A stretch of 64,000 nt of DNA, from NCBI RefSeq assembly GCF_006345805.1, contig NC_043023.1, forward strand, positions 5,580,001 to 5,644,000, read 5' to 3'. The position numbers were made by a program, and so were the translations under genes. Shown piece after piece: positions 37,167 to 48,808 of the stretch. The notes beneath the pieces are model-generated. The model had not been told where the DNA came from, made no database searches, and saw only the letters and a list, made by a program, of their open reading frames with translations. Each line of letters opens with the position of its first letter. Position 1 is the stretch's first letter. The DNA comes from Octopus sinensis (Eukaryota).

Positions 37167-37479
37167 ATATATGTATCAAATGAAATAAATGAGAAACAGG
37201 ACTCAAAGGATGTTGTGGTACATATGTTTCGGGCTTTATAGAACAACTTATTCTTACATCAATGCATAATCGATATAACAGATAGTTCAAAAGCCCTCTT
37301 CAGCCGCATGCAATTGCAATTTGGTGTAGCAATTGCATGCGGCTGAAGAGGGCTTTTGAACTATCTGTTATATCGATTATGCATTGATGTAAGAATAAGT
37401 TATTCTATAAAGCCCGAAACATATGTACCACAACTTCCTTTGAGTCCTGTTTTTCATTTATTTCATTTGATACATATAT
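37167..37479. repeat. Near-perfect palindrome, about 150-bp arms, 11-nt loop
   Basis: Arms meet at GCATGCAATTGC-AATTTGGTGTA-GCAATTGCATGC; few mismatches. Confidence 0.92.
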
Positions 37480-37528
37480 ATATATATATATATATATATC
37501 CTTTAGGATGTGTGTGTGTGTGCATGTA

Positions 37529-37821
37529 TGTATATAGGAATTTTTTGTGTAATGAGAGATAAAAAAACCAAGGCTGTGTAGATAGAACATTTATAGATAG
37601 GTCTTACAGCTGTTTCCAGGGTATTTATTAATTATATCCCTTCATCGGAGATGGTGCGAGAGGATGGTTAAGTAATAATTCATCCTCTCGCACCATCTCT
37701 GATGAAGGGATATAATTAATAAATATCCTGGAAACAGCTGTAAGACCTTCTACCTATAAATGCTCTAATATCTACACAGCCTTGGTTTTTTATCTCATTA
37801 CACAAAAAATTTTTATATACA
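37529..37821. repeat. Near-perfect palindrome, about 140-bp arms; single-arm copy at about 42048-42190
   Basis: GATGGTGCGAGAGGATG / CATCCTCTCGCACCATC flank a 14-nt loop; each arm holds a hammerhead-like motif. Confidence 0.92.
37696..37745 (+). ncRNA. Hammerhead-like cassette within a palindrome arm
   Basis: UCU-CUGAUGA-A-GGGAUAU-loop-AUAUCCU-G-GAAA-C-AGCU-G-UA-AGA; 3-bp stem I; mirror arm and copy near 42125-42175 read CCGAUGA. Confidence 0.6.
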
Positions 37822-38134
37822 CACACTGACATATGACCAATGTTCGGCAAAAGAGACCGAAAGAATAAGTACTAGGTTTACAAAGAATAAGTCCTGAGGT
37901 CGATTTCTTCGACTAAAGGTGGTGCTCCAGCATGGCCACAGTAAAATGACTGAAACAAGTAAAAGAGTATATATATATATAAATCTGATACATTATTATC
38001 GTTACTATTATTAGCACTATTATTAGCACTATTATTATTATTATGTAAAACTGCATTATTGTGTGTTTAATCTTTCTCTCACTTCTCTCTCCCCCGACTT
38101 TCTTCTTTTACCAAATCTGTCTGACTCTATCCAG

Positions 38135-38238
38135 TGTTAAACTGTGTACGCCTGTTGTCTCGGATTTTACCCTATATCTTTGAAGACCCTGACTGGCGTG
38201 GCTTCTTCTGGTCCACATTACCCGGTCAAGTGGACGAG
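38135..38238 (+). CDS. HID1: HID1 coding exon 3
   Basis: CCAG; (V)LNCVRLLSRILPYIFEDPDWRGFFWSTLPGQVDE; GTAAGT. Confidence 0.96.
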
Positions 38239-38380
38239 GTAAGTGTGAAATTGCTCTTTTGTTAAGAAGTTTGTATCACAACTACATTCTGGTGAGATCA
38301 ATCCCATTGCGTGGCACCTTCATTGCTTCATGGCATTCATACATACATATATATAGATATATATGTATATATATATATAA

Positions 38381-38602
38381 AAGGCAGCGAGCTGGCAGAA
38401 TCGTTAGCACGCCGGGCAAAATGCTTAGCCGTATTTCGTCTGCCGTTACGTTCTGAGTTCAAATTCTGCCGAGGTCGACTTTGCCTTTCATCCTTTCGGG
38501 GTCGATAAATTAAGTACCAGTTACGCACTGGGGTCAATATAATCGACTAAATCCCTTTGTCTGTCCTTGTTTGTCCCCTCTGTGTTTAGCCCCTTGTGGG
38601 TA

Positions 38603-38604
<2 letters not shown>
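38381..38604 (+). mobile_element. SINE family B
   Basis: Close match to 9794-10000. Confidence 0.85.
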
Positions 38605-38637
<33 letters not shown>

Positions 38638-39403
38638 GGCTTGGTTGTATGGTTAAGAAGCTTGCATCCCAACCATGTTGACTCGGGTTCAGTCCCACTG
38701 CATGGAACCTTGGGCAAGCGTCTCTGATTTAGTCCTGGACCAAATTAAGGCTTGTGGATGGATGTCATAGATGGAAACTGGAAGAAGCCTGTTTTATATA
38801 TATATATGCGCATGTGTGGCTGTGTGGTAAGAAGCTTGCTTCAAAACCTTCATTGTGTGGCACCTTGGGCAGGTGCCTTCTACTATAGCTTTGGTTGACC
38901 AAAGCCTTGTTAGTGTATTTGGTAGATAGAAACTGAAAGAAGCCCATCATATATGTGTATCTGTGTGTGTGTGTGTGTCTTTGTGTCTGTTTATTCCCCG
39001 CACCACTACCACCACTTGATAAGTGCTGATATATTTTCATTCATGTAACTTAGTAGTTCAGCAAAAGAGAATGATAGAACAATTACCAGGCTATAAAGAT
39101 TTAAGTCCTGGGGTCGATACATTTGACTGACATTTTGAGGCAGTGCTTCAGCATGGCCACAATTTAATGACTGCAACAAGTAAAACATAAAAGAAAAGAT
39201 AAAGCACTTGTGCTGGTGCTACATAGAAAGCACCCAGTAAACTCTGTAAAGTGGTGGGCATTAGGAAGGGCATCCAGCTGTAGAAAATATGCCAAAACAA
39301 AGAATGGAACTTAGTGTGGCTCCTGGCCTTGTCAGCTCCTGTCAAACTGTCCAACCCATGCCAGCATGGAAAACAGATGTTGAATTATGATGATTTTATA
39401 TAG

Positions 39404-39810
39404 GAGTGGCTGTGTGGAGGCGCAGGAGTGGCTGTGTGGTAAGTAGCTTGCTAACCAACCACATGGTTCTGGGTTCAGTCCCACTGCGTGGCATCTTGGG
39501 CAAGTGTCTTCTGCTATAGCCTCAGGCCGACCAATGCCTTGTGAGTGGATTTGGTAGGTGGAAACTGAAAGAAGCCTGTCGTATATATGTACATATGTAT
39601 TTGTGTGTGTGTTTGTCCCCCTAGCATTGCTTGACAACTGATGCTGGTGTGTTTACGTCCCCGTCACTTAGCGGTTCGGCAAAAGAGACCGATAGAATAA
39701 GTACTGGGCTTACAAAGAATAAGTCCCGGGGTCGATTTGCTTGACTAAAGGCGGTGCTCCAGCATGGCCACAGTCAAATGACTGAAACAAGTAAAAGAGT
39801 AAAAGAGAGA
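39404..39810 (+). mobile_element. SINE family A with duplicated 5' end
   Basis: AGGAGTGGCTGTGTGG occurs twice at the head. Confidence 0.88.
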
Positions 39811-39909
39811 GTATATATTTATATATACAATCATATCAAAGGGAAATGGAAATTAATGAAAATTTACATTTCCAGTTGTCTAACGTGTAAAGATTTAGTC
39901 AAAAAGACT

Positions 39910-40200
39910 ATATATTAGTCATACGATATAGTGTATATTTAAACACATAAGGAATCAATTTATAGGAATTCTACATGCTAGAAAGAACAGCTAGGTTCTA
40001 TAACCACAAAAATTAGGGATAAAATTCGACAGGAACAAATTGAAAAATGAAAATGTTTTTCAATTTTCAATTTGTTCCTATCAAATTTTATCCCTAATTT
40101 TTGTGGTTATAGAACCTAGCTGTTCTTTCTAGCGTGTAGAATTCCTATAAGTGGATTCCTTATGTGTTTAAATATACACTATATCGTATGAATTATATAT
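39910..40200. repeat. Near-perfect palindrome, about 135-bp arms
   Basis: CATACGATATAGTGTATATTTAAACACATAAGGAATC mirrored at 40155-40190. Confidence 0.9.
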
Positions 40201-40237
40201 ATATATATATAATACTTGTTCTTTTCTTCTTTTTTAG

Positions 40238-40282
40238 CATGACAATCCACCATTGGCTCAGTCTCTACTTAATGCAATTGCA
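40238..40282 (+). CDS. HID1: HID1 coding exon 4 (45 nt)
   Basis: Pyrimidine tract plus TTTTTAG; HDNPPLAQSLLNAIA; GTGAGT; fills the gap to DLLFCPDF in frame. Confidence 0.9.
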
Positions 40283-40524
40283 GTGAGTATAGCTTTGTAT
40301 TTGTTTTTTATTTGGGTGAGGGTGAATGAAAATTAACTGGTTGGTCTGTTCTGGGGAGGAAATTTGTCCTGTGGCTAAGGATTGTTTACAGAAATTTTTG
40401 CCCTGATGTTGCCAGAGCAGGGATTCCAGCTTTGAGTACCTGCACTCACTGAGGTGTTGAATAACATCTCAGTAAGTGCAACAAAGATGAAATATATACA
40501 TTATTTTCAAAATATAAACAATAA

Positions 40525-40921
40525 TCTTTATATATAAAAGAGAGGTTGTGTGCTGTCTGTCTCCTACGATTTAGATTCCTAACTACTCCCACATTTTGCG
40601 GTGCAGTTTAACCAAAACCAGGTATCTTATAGTCGTGATTCATATCGAGCCCTTCTGGGTATTAGCGCGCGTCTACGATGAGTCTACGATTTAAAAAAAA
40701 TTTACCATCAATTTTTCCCATTTTTAATGCATTTTTGGCATATATAAGGGAAGTAACTCTCTAAAAATTTATTATTAAATCTCAGAACGTAAAAAGCTAC
40801 AGTAACCCCCCCCCCCTTTGTGGTTAGCCATATTGAGATGGCTATTATACTTTACATCTCTTAAAATGCTTATATAGTTATTTCCTTTACAAACCTGAGC
40901 AACGCCGGGCAATACTGCTAG
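40525..40921 (+). mobile_element. Non-autonomous Helitron, second family
   Basis: A|TC start, subterminal hairpin, CTAG|T end, no TSD; empty-site homolog near 43895-43960. Confidence 0.88.
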
Positions 40922-41582
40922 TTGTACATAAAATAAATTATTTTTTCAAAATGAAACAAAACTAACAGTATGGTGGAAAATGTTTATTTTTGTATACTTC
41001 CGCTTTATTTATATTTGGAAAGTTTTCTCCTGCTTTTTTGAATGCAAAATCTTTTATCAGTTCCTCTTACATAACACATCTGTTTCTATACTTAGAAGAG
41101 ATGAGGCATCCAGTCTGCCTTGTTGCATAGTTGTTCTAATGAGATTTTTAATATACAGTAGTACCTTGGTTTTCGAACAACTTTGATCACGATTGAATCG
41201 TGCTTTATATATATAAGTAGTTGAATGAATTGTCTTATTATGGATAATTCAAATTAACCGATACCTGGGTAGCAAATTCACATCAGAAAAAACATGGTTG
41301 AAGTTACGTGCCTAGGGCATAGATTACGTGCTTTTGTGTGGAATATGTAACCTTCTAAACATATGTCGAAAATAAAGGAATTTTGTTAATTCGTCGTTCA
41401 ACTCCATTCTTTCATATATTTATATTTTAAAAATAAATATATATATATATATTTGTATATATATATATTTGTATATATTGGTAAAAACGGTAAGATAACA
41501 AAAGAAAGAAAGAGACTGCAATATTATGTAAATAGAGGAAATTTATCTATAAAATAATATGTTACAATTACTCAATAGTTAA

Positions 41583-41643
41583 GATGAAACTCTGAGTTTC
41601 GGATGCCGAAGTGGAAATCCACAACACCATCTCTTCAGTTATC
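41583..41643 (-). ncRNA. Hammerhead-like cassette, same family as 49159-49219
   Basis: GAUAA-CUGAAGA-GAUG...CAUCC-GAAA-CUCAGAG-UU-UCAUC; one stem I mismatch. Confidence 0.55.
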
Positions 41644-41971
41644 TGGCCATCTGAAAAACGCTATGAAATAAAACTGTTATTCAAAGGGAAATTACTGTGT
41701 TATAATTCCGCTACTTATATAAATTAAGTAATTGTAACATATTATTTTATATATATATATATGATAATAATAATATTAGGGAATATAATTCCAAACTTAC
41801 AGGGAAAAATTCAATTTAGTGATACTAAATCAAATTTCACAATATATAATATATAAATTTCACAATATATATGTATATAAATTAGAGAAGAACCACCATG
41901 TAGCAATTCAGCAATGATATAATTAAATCATGCCATATAGAAAAAAGTTAAATATACAATATGGTGGTTCT

Positions 41972-42035
<64 letters not shown>

Positions 42036-42269
42036 TATACATATATATGTATATAAGAATTTTTTGCATAGTGAGATAAAAAAAACCAAGGCTGTGTAGA
42101 TATTAGAACATTTATAGGTAGAAGGTCTTACAGCTATTTCCAGGATATTTATTAATTATATCCCTTCATCGGAGATGGTGTGAGAGGATTGTTAAGTCAC
42201 AGTTAGTTTAGATGTGATACAAAATAGAGAGTGAGGTGGAGGAAAGAAAATAGATGATATATATATATG

Positions 42270-42560
42270 TGGAGGTGCAATGGCCCAGTGGTTAGGGCAG
42301 CGGACTCGCAGTCGTAGGATCGCGGTTTCGATTCCCAGACTGGGCGTTGTGAGTGTTTATTGAGCGAAAACACCTAAAAGCTCCACGACGCTCCAGCAGG
42401 GGATGGTGGCGATCCCTGCTGTACTCTTTCACCACTCTTTCTTGTGTTGGCCTGCTCGCTTAGCCAGCAGGGTGGCGTCATTCAAAGGCTAAAACAATGT
42501 GAATGCATTGTGACCAGCGATGTGTAACAACATCTGATGGTCTGGTCAGTCACATGATAT
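42270..42560 (+). mobile_element. tRNA-derived SINE family C
   Basis: A box TGGCCCAGTGG 42281-42291, B box GGTTTCGATTCCC near 42324-42336; related heads at 30100-30296 and 30440-30631. Confidence 0.88.
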
Positions 42561-43425
42561 ATATATATATAAAGCATGATTTATTTGTGATCAGAGGTGT
42601 TTGTAAACCAAGGTACTACTGTATTAAATGAATATGAGAAAGCCAGGAGATAAAGTACCATTTATTTGTGATCAGAGTTGTCTGAAAACCGAGGTTCTAC
42701 TGTACTTCAATTGAGAGAGTGTACTCTCAGCTGAGCAATTTATTACCATCAATGCTAAAAATATGTGGAAGACAATGTCTACATTTGGAAAGGCTCACTC
42801 GATAATGTTTATTTTTGTATATTCCTACTTTATTTTTAAAAAGTTTTCTCCTACTTTTTTTAATTGCGAAGACTTTGATCAGATCCTCAAAATTGATCTT
42901 ACATAACACATCTCATTTGTATTCCTAAATTATCCAACATGGCCTTCCCAGAGCTGGATTAACCCATTAACTGCCAAATCTTTTTAATCATAGTTTTTGG
43001 CTTTGCCAGGTGTCTTATGATTTAAAATAATATATAGTATTTAAATTTTCTTCATATGTCAATTATTTTGATAATTATGATAAATTTTTCAAAAGGTCCT
43101 TAATGGGGATCACTGAAAAAAAAGTATATTTATCCTTTTCTATTCAATTGCAATAATAAACATTTTAGTTTTTTTGAAACTATAGTATCAAATGTGAATG
43201 TGTATGAAATATCAATGAATGATATAGATGGGAAAGGAAAAAAAAAACGTTTTGGAAACAGTTAATATTTTTGTAGTTCAAAAATTGTGATTTATGCCAT
43301 AAAATGACCTTTAGAATTAGCCAGAGCTAATAATGACAAACTTTAGCTACTAAATATTGTTAAATATTATGGAGATGTACTTGCGTAGCAAGTGACCTGA
43401 TCTGAGGTCGTGTGCTGGAATAAAA

Positions 43426-43700
43426 ACAATTGCAGTGTGGAAGGTGTTTAAAAGCCATTTAAGAAACACACAAAATCCGTTAGATTCACATCAACATTTA
43501 AATTTAATTTGCCAAAATATTTATATCGCTTTGAGACTGCAACCTGTTCACTGACAAAATTCCCTGCTGCATGGAACAGGCCGCGGTCTCAAAGCAACGA
43601 AAATATTTTGGCAAATTAAATTTAAATGTTGAAGTGAATCTAATGGTTTTTGTGTGTGTTTCTTAAGTGGCTTATAAACACCTTCCACACTGCAATTGTT
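43426..43700. repeat. Fold-back repeat with about 125-bp arms; single-arm copy at 977-1098
   Basis: AACAATTGCAGTGTGGAAGGTGTTT mirrored by AAACACCTTCCACACTGCAATTGTT. Confidence 0.88.
43511..43612. ncRNA. Two mirrored, decayed G3-C8 hammerhead-like cassettes
   Basis: Minus copy 43511-43555 keeps GUCA-GUGAACA but GAAA has become AUAA; plus copy 43571-43612 keeps GAAA-AUAUUU but the core is damaged. Confidence 0.4.
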
Positions 43701-44030
43701 ATTGTTAAACACACCTCTGCAAATGCAGTGTACAAAAGCAATTCATTTTAAATACAACGAACAACCAGCAGTGAGACTGTTTTTAGTAGATCCCCAAATA
43801 GGCTCATGGCAGGCAATGGGTTAAGACCCATAGAGGCCCTGACCACTTAAAAGATTTTGGTGCACCCATATATATATATATATATATGTAATTCAAAATA
43901 TAAACAATAATAATCCATAAAATAAATTATTTGTTTCAAAATGAAACAAAACTAACAGCAAGATGGAAAATAATGTTTATTTTTGTGTGCTTCCACCACC
44001 ATGTTGAATTGCTGTTTGTATGCAAATATT

Positions 44031-44437
44031 AGGCGCAGGAGTGGCTGTGTGGTAAGTAGCTTGCTAATCAACCACATGGTTCCAGGTTCAGTCCCACTGC
44101 GTAGCATCTTGGGCAAGTGTCTTCTACTATAGCCACGGGCCGACCAATGTCTTGTGAGTGGATTTGGTAGACGGAAACTGAAAGTAGCCCGTCGTATATA
44201 TGTATATATATATGTATGCATGTGTGTTTGTGTGTCTGTGTTTGTACCCCTAGCATTGCTTGACAACCGATGCTGGTGTGTTTACGTCCCCGTCACTTAG
44301 CGGTTCGGCAAAAAGAGACCGATAGAATAAGTACTGGGCTTACAAAGAATAAGTCCCGGGGTCGATTTGCTCGACTAAAGGCGGTGCTCCAGCATGGCCG
44401 CAGTCAAATGACTGAAACAAGTAAAAGAGTAAAAGAG
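44031..44437 (+). mobile_element. SINE family A, reference copy
   Basis: A-box-like TGGCTGTGTGG 44042-44052, B-box-like GGTTCAGTCC 44085-44094, tail AAAAGAGTAAAAGAG. Confidence 0.9.
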
Positions 44438-44611
44438 TATAGAGAGAGAGTATTAAGATATTTGAAAAATTTAAAAGTGTTCTGGAATCTGTGAGTTATG
44501 CTCTTTCTGAATGAAACATAAAACACCATTTTAAATTTCTCACCGTGTTAATGGCTTTCCCCATGCACCATGTCTTCCTAAAGCTGCTTTTTTATTTCTA
44601 TTTCAAACCAG

Positions 44612-44665
44612 GATTTGCTGTTTTGCCCCGACTTTACTGTAGCCTCAAGCAGAAAATCAGGACCA
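44612..44665 (+). CDS. HID1: HID1 coding exon 5 (54 nt)
   Basis: CCAG; DLLFCPDFTVASSRKSGP; GTAAGT. Confidence 0.92.
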
Positions 44666-44681
44666 GTAAGTGGCTCCTCCT

Positions 44682-44803
44682 CCTCCTCATCATCATCATC
44701 AGCATCAACACCACCATCATCATCATCATCATCATCATCACCATCATCACCACCACCATCATCATCACCATCATCATCATCATCATCACCACCATCATCA
44801 TCA
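44682..44803. repeat. (CAT/CAC)n microsatellite
   Basis: Directly follows HID1 exon 5. Confidence 0.95.
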
Positions 44804-44806
44804 TTA

Positions 44807-45328
44807 CTGTAAATCCTTGAGTATAATCCGCATTTTTTCCCCAAAATTTAAAGGGCAAAATCCCTAGTGCGTACTATATACAAGGTTAAAAATGAAAAAT
44901 ATTTTCTAAGCAATGTCCGAGTCTCTATTTGCTGTCCAGCAATGTTTATTCAGACGCATTTTGTGATGTCGGGCGCGAAAATACCTTAAGCTAAGCCTGA
45001 AAGCAATGAAGTCATAAAAGAATCATCCATAACTTGCAGTAATCAACATTTATTAAAATAAAAGTATTCAGAACACAGAATAACATGTAGCAAAAACAAT
45101 TTGCAAACATATTTACATTCCCATATAACAGTTAAGAACATCACCGTTATTGTATTACGCATGCACGGAAGTGTTTGTTTGACTAGGTGCTGCTGGTTTA
45201 ATTACGCACAATTCAAGTTAGAGAAGGGGTGCGTATTATACACAAGGTTTAGGTTTTTCAGAGGTACAGCCCCCTAAAAATCCCCTGCATATTATACTCA
45301 AGGGCAGACTGTACTCAAGGATTTACAG
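44807..45328. mobile_element. Tc1/pogo-type MITE, same family, opposite orientation
   Basis: TA|CTGTAAATCCTTGAGTA ... TACTCAAGGATTTACAG|TA; interior is the reverse complement of 27814-28305. Confidence 0.85.
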
Positions 45329-45539
45329 TATTTGAGCCAGTAGAATTGTTAGCACACCAGGCAAAATGTTTAGATGTATTTTGTTCGACTTTGTTCTGAG
45401 TTCAAATTCTGCCAGGGTCGACTTTGCCTTTCATCCATTTGGAGTCAATAAATTAAGTACCAGTGATATACTGGTGTTGATGTAATCCACTAGTCCCCTA
45501 CCAGCAAATTTCAGGCCTTGAGTCTTTAGTTGAAAGGAT

Positions 45540-46048
45540 CATTGTTATTATCACCATTATTATTATTATCATCATTGTTATTATCATTGTTATTATCATC
45601 ATTATTATTATCATCATTGTTATTATCATTATTATTATCATTATTATTATCATCATTATTATTATCATCATTGTTATTATCATTGTTATTATCATCATTA
45701 TTATTATCATCATTATTATCATTATTATTATCATTATTATTATCATCATTATTATTATCATCATTGTTATTATCATCATTATTATTATCATCATTGTTAT
45801 TATCATTGTTATTATCATCATTATTATTATCATCATTATTATCATCATTATTATTATCATTATTATTATCATCATTATTATTATCATCATTGTTATTATC
45901 ATTGTTATTATCATCATTATTATTATCATCATTATTATTATCATCATTGTTATTATCATTATTATTATTATTATCATCATTATTATTATCATCATTATTA
46001 TTATCATCATTGTTATTATCATTGTTATTATCATCATTATTATTATCA

Positions 46049-46108
<60 letters not shown>

Positions 46109-46339
46109 TTATCATCATTATTATTATCATTATTATTATCATCATTATTATTATCATCATTGTTATTATCATTGTTATTATCATCATTATTATTATCATC
46201 ATTGTTATTATCATTATTATCATTATTATTATCATCATTGTTATCATCATTGTTATCATCATTATTATTATCATTATTATTATCATTATTATTATCATCA
46301 TTGTTATTATCATTGTTTTTATCATCATTATTATTATCA

Positions 46340-46370
<31 letters not shown>
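45540..46370. repeat. 830-bp compound (ATT/ATC/GTT) microsatellite
   Basis: Triplet mosaic beginning at the tail of a family B SINE. Confidence 0.95.
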
Positions 46371-46371
<1 letters not shown>

Positions 46372-46661
46372 CTGTTGTGTCTGGGGAGAGTCATTCTCTT
46401 TTAGTGCCTTATTATTTAACACTCTCACTGGTAAAATTTCCACTTATTTCTTATTTTTATTTTCCTAAAATTTTCGTTGCGTCTTGCAACCTTTTCAATA
46501 GTCTTGACTCTGTCCGTTATTTACTTTAATGAAGTGGAGCTGTCGGGTAGCTTGGAAAATTTTAGGAAAAAAAAAATAAAGAAATAAGTGGAAATTTTAC
46601 CGGTGAGTATGTTAAATAATAAGGTACTAAAAGAGAATGACTCTCCCCAGACACAACAGAA
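46370..46661. repeat. Fold-back element with about 105-bp arms
   Basis: TTCTGTTGTGTCTGGGGAGAGTCATTCTC mirrored by GAGAATGACTCTCCCCAGACACAACAGAA. Confidence 0.88.
46465..46501 (-). ncRNA. Minimal hammerhead-like cassette with U3-A8 core
   Basis: CUA-UUGAAAA-G-GUUGC-AAGAC-GCAAC-GAAA-AUU-U-UAG: perfect 5-bp stem II, loopless palindromic stem III AAUU, 3-bp stem I. Confidence 0.6.
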
Positions 46662-46746
46662 GATGCTTCAACACACAAACTCAAATAAAGAATCTTGCAA
46701 ACCAAATCCCAAAACGAAATTCTCATCATTGTTATTTCTTTCTTAG

Positions 46747-46915
46747 GACAACCCAGAGGACATGCACAGCATCGACAGTTGTGAGTACATATGGGAGAAG
46801 GGCGTTGGCTTTGCCCACTCCCCACCACACAATATTACACATGACCAGAGCAGAACTGAACTCCTGAAGCTGCTTCTCACATGCTTCTCAGAAACCATGT
46901 ACTTACCACCAATAG
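46747..46915 (+). CDS. HID1: HID1 coding exon 6
   Basis: CTTAG; DNPEDMHSIDSCEYIWEKGVGFAHSPPH...LLKLLLTCFSETMYLPPI; GTAGGT. Confidence 0.96.
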
Positions 46916-47523
46916 GTAGGTATCTGTCTGTTTGTCTTCCTGTCTGTCTGACTCTGTCTACCTGTCTGTCTGACTGCCAACCTGCCCACCTACCTCCCTA
47001 CCATCCACCTGCCTATATACAGTACATTAGTTCAGTGTTTCCCAAACATTTTCAGGCTGCTGCCCCCTTGACCACTATACTCATGGAGTAGTTGGCGTTA
47101 GGAAGGGCATCCAGCTGGAGAAACACTGCCAGATCAGACTGGAGCCTGGTGCAACTTCCTGGATTCCCAGACCCCGGTTGAACCATCCAACCCATACTAG
47201 CATGGAAAACGGACGTTAAACGATGATGATTGTAAATAAGCATCACTGTCATACAAACGGTGTTGTTTTCTGTGAAAAAGTTATCTGGCCATGGGGAAAA
47301 TATTATGTTATGTGGAAATTGTAAAGGGCTGACCACATCAGACCACAGAAAATCTGTCTCAAATTCTGTCTGACCCACCTGCGTCAGCATAGGTAAGTGG
47401 ATGTTAAAATAAGGATGAAGCATAAGAGACAACCAATGGCAGGCTCCCCATATTTGTTTCGTTTTCTTCTACCAAGCACTGTTTTTTTTTATGTTGTCTC
47501 TCACACTACTTCTCTTTCTCCAG

Positions 47524-47581
47524 CTGATGCTCACAACCAGCCAAATCAATGGATACAGTATTTTACCTCTACAGAGAATCG
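47524..47581 (+). CDS. HID1: HID1 coding exon 7
   Basis: CTCCAG; (A)DAHNQPNQWIQYFTSTEN(R); GTAAGT. Confidence 0.93.
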
Positions 47582-47776
47582 GTAAGTTTATCACTGTTAT
47601 TATTATTATTATTATAAGTTTACTTCTCAAAGCTCTTGATTTTACTTACTCTGGTTAATTCTGTGAGTGTAGACCACAACCTGTTGTCAAGGATCTCTCA
47701 AGGTCTCTTTCCACAATACTTAACACCCAAGTATCTCAAAATCCTCTCTGTCTCCAATAGAGCAGATTTTCGAGCA

Positions 47777-47810
<34 letters not shown>

Positions 47811-48003
47811 GAGTGAGAGAGCAGTGTATGCCATCAAAGTGACACTGGGGTAAAATATACGAAACCCAGTATACCCATCATGACTACCTGTCTGATAAGG
47901 GTTCACCACACACATACATCACAACCATACGTACGCGACATGGTGATCTCATATAAAGATTAACAGAAGCCATGAGAGCCACTGTCTGGTACTGCATCAG
48001 GGC
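47811..48003. mobile_element. Family F, internally deleted copy
   Basis: Both termini of the 550-bp element joined; (TTA)n on the left. Confidence 0.8.
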
Positions 48004-48037
48004 TGCTGCTGCTATTATTATTATTATTATTATTATT

Positions 48038-48592
48038 GAATGAGAGAGCAGCGCATACCATCAAAGTGACACTGGGGTACAAATATACGAAGCCCAGTAT
48101 ACCCATCATGACTACCCGTCTGATAAGGGCACACCAGGCACATGCATCACAACCATATGTGCGCAACATGGTGATCTCATATCAAGATAAACAGCGCATG
48201 ACCTTGCAGGTAGGAACGAGTTAGAATTTTCTTCTGGTCAAGTAACCCATCCACTCAAAAGGTCCCTGAATAAAGGTTGTTTAAGGATGTTGAACAAAAC
48301 ATCCATGCTTCTAGAGGTGAATTATTCAAACCCCAAAGAATCCCTCTCAACACATGGCTATGATGCTCCCCCACTACTTCTGCTCGTGGTCAGAGATGCA
48401 CATATCGTCAGCCACTAAGGGACATGCTCAACTGGTTATGGTCAAACAACTGACAAGCAAATCTGTGGTATTGAGCAGAATATTTACTGTGGCCCATCTT
48501 TTATACCAAGACAAAACAATGTACATGATAACACTTCCAATCAGTTAAGATCAGAAGCCATGGGAGCCACTGCCTGGTACTGCATCAGGGCA
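48038..48592. mobile_element. Family F (about 550 bp) inside (TTA)n
   Basis: Highly similar to 55613-56166; no ORF; microsatellite on both sides. Confidence 0.85.
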
Positions 48593-48808
48593 ATTATTAT
48601 AGTTGTGATAGAAAAGGCAGAGAGAGGAGACAGGAAGTCCGTGGGCCAGAGGGTGAAGTGTGGCTGAGTGAACTTAAACCATAAAGGAAGTGACATAATT
48701 TACTATCACAATGTATTTCATTTGATGCTCTACAAATTCTACTGACCCACAGTCTTAAATAAACAAAGTCTTAAAATTTTCAATCTCTCTTCTTTCATTG
48801 TATTTCAG

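Larger units (their letters stand above)
41156..42621. mobile_element. Possible Tigger/pogo-like element with nested insertions
   Basis: TA|CAGTAGTACCTTGGTTT ... AAACCAAGGTACTACTG|TA; a spare right end lies near 42660-42703. Confidence 0.5.
42963..43820. mobile_element. TTAA-flanked non-autonomous piggyBac-like element
   Basis: TTAA|CCCATTAACTGCCA ... TGGCAGGCAATGGG|TTAA; hosts the 43426-43700 fold-back. Confidence 0.7.

Noticed and set aside
37380-37435. Hammerhead in the first palindrome
   Set aside because: GAAAC-AUAU-GUA half is present, but there is no valid core and no partner for GCCC.
42270-42345. tRNA gene
   Set aside because: A and B boxes are present but run into a SINE body seen in several copies; the same holds for the other SINE heads.
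45498-46468. About 300-aa poly-N/D, poly-I/M and poly-L/S ORFs
   Set aside because: Translations of a triplet microsatellite; the same applies to the poly-His/Asp ORFs at 44578-44867 and all YI-repeat ORFs.
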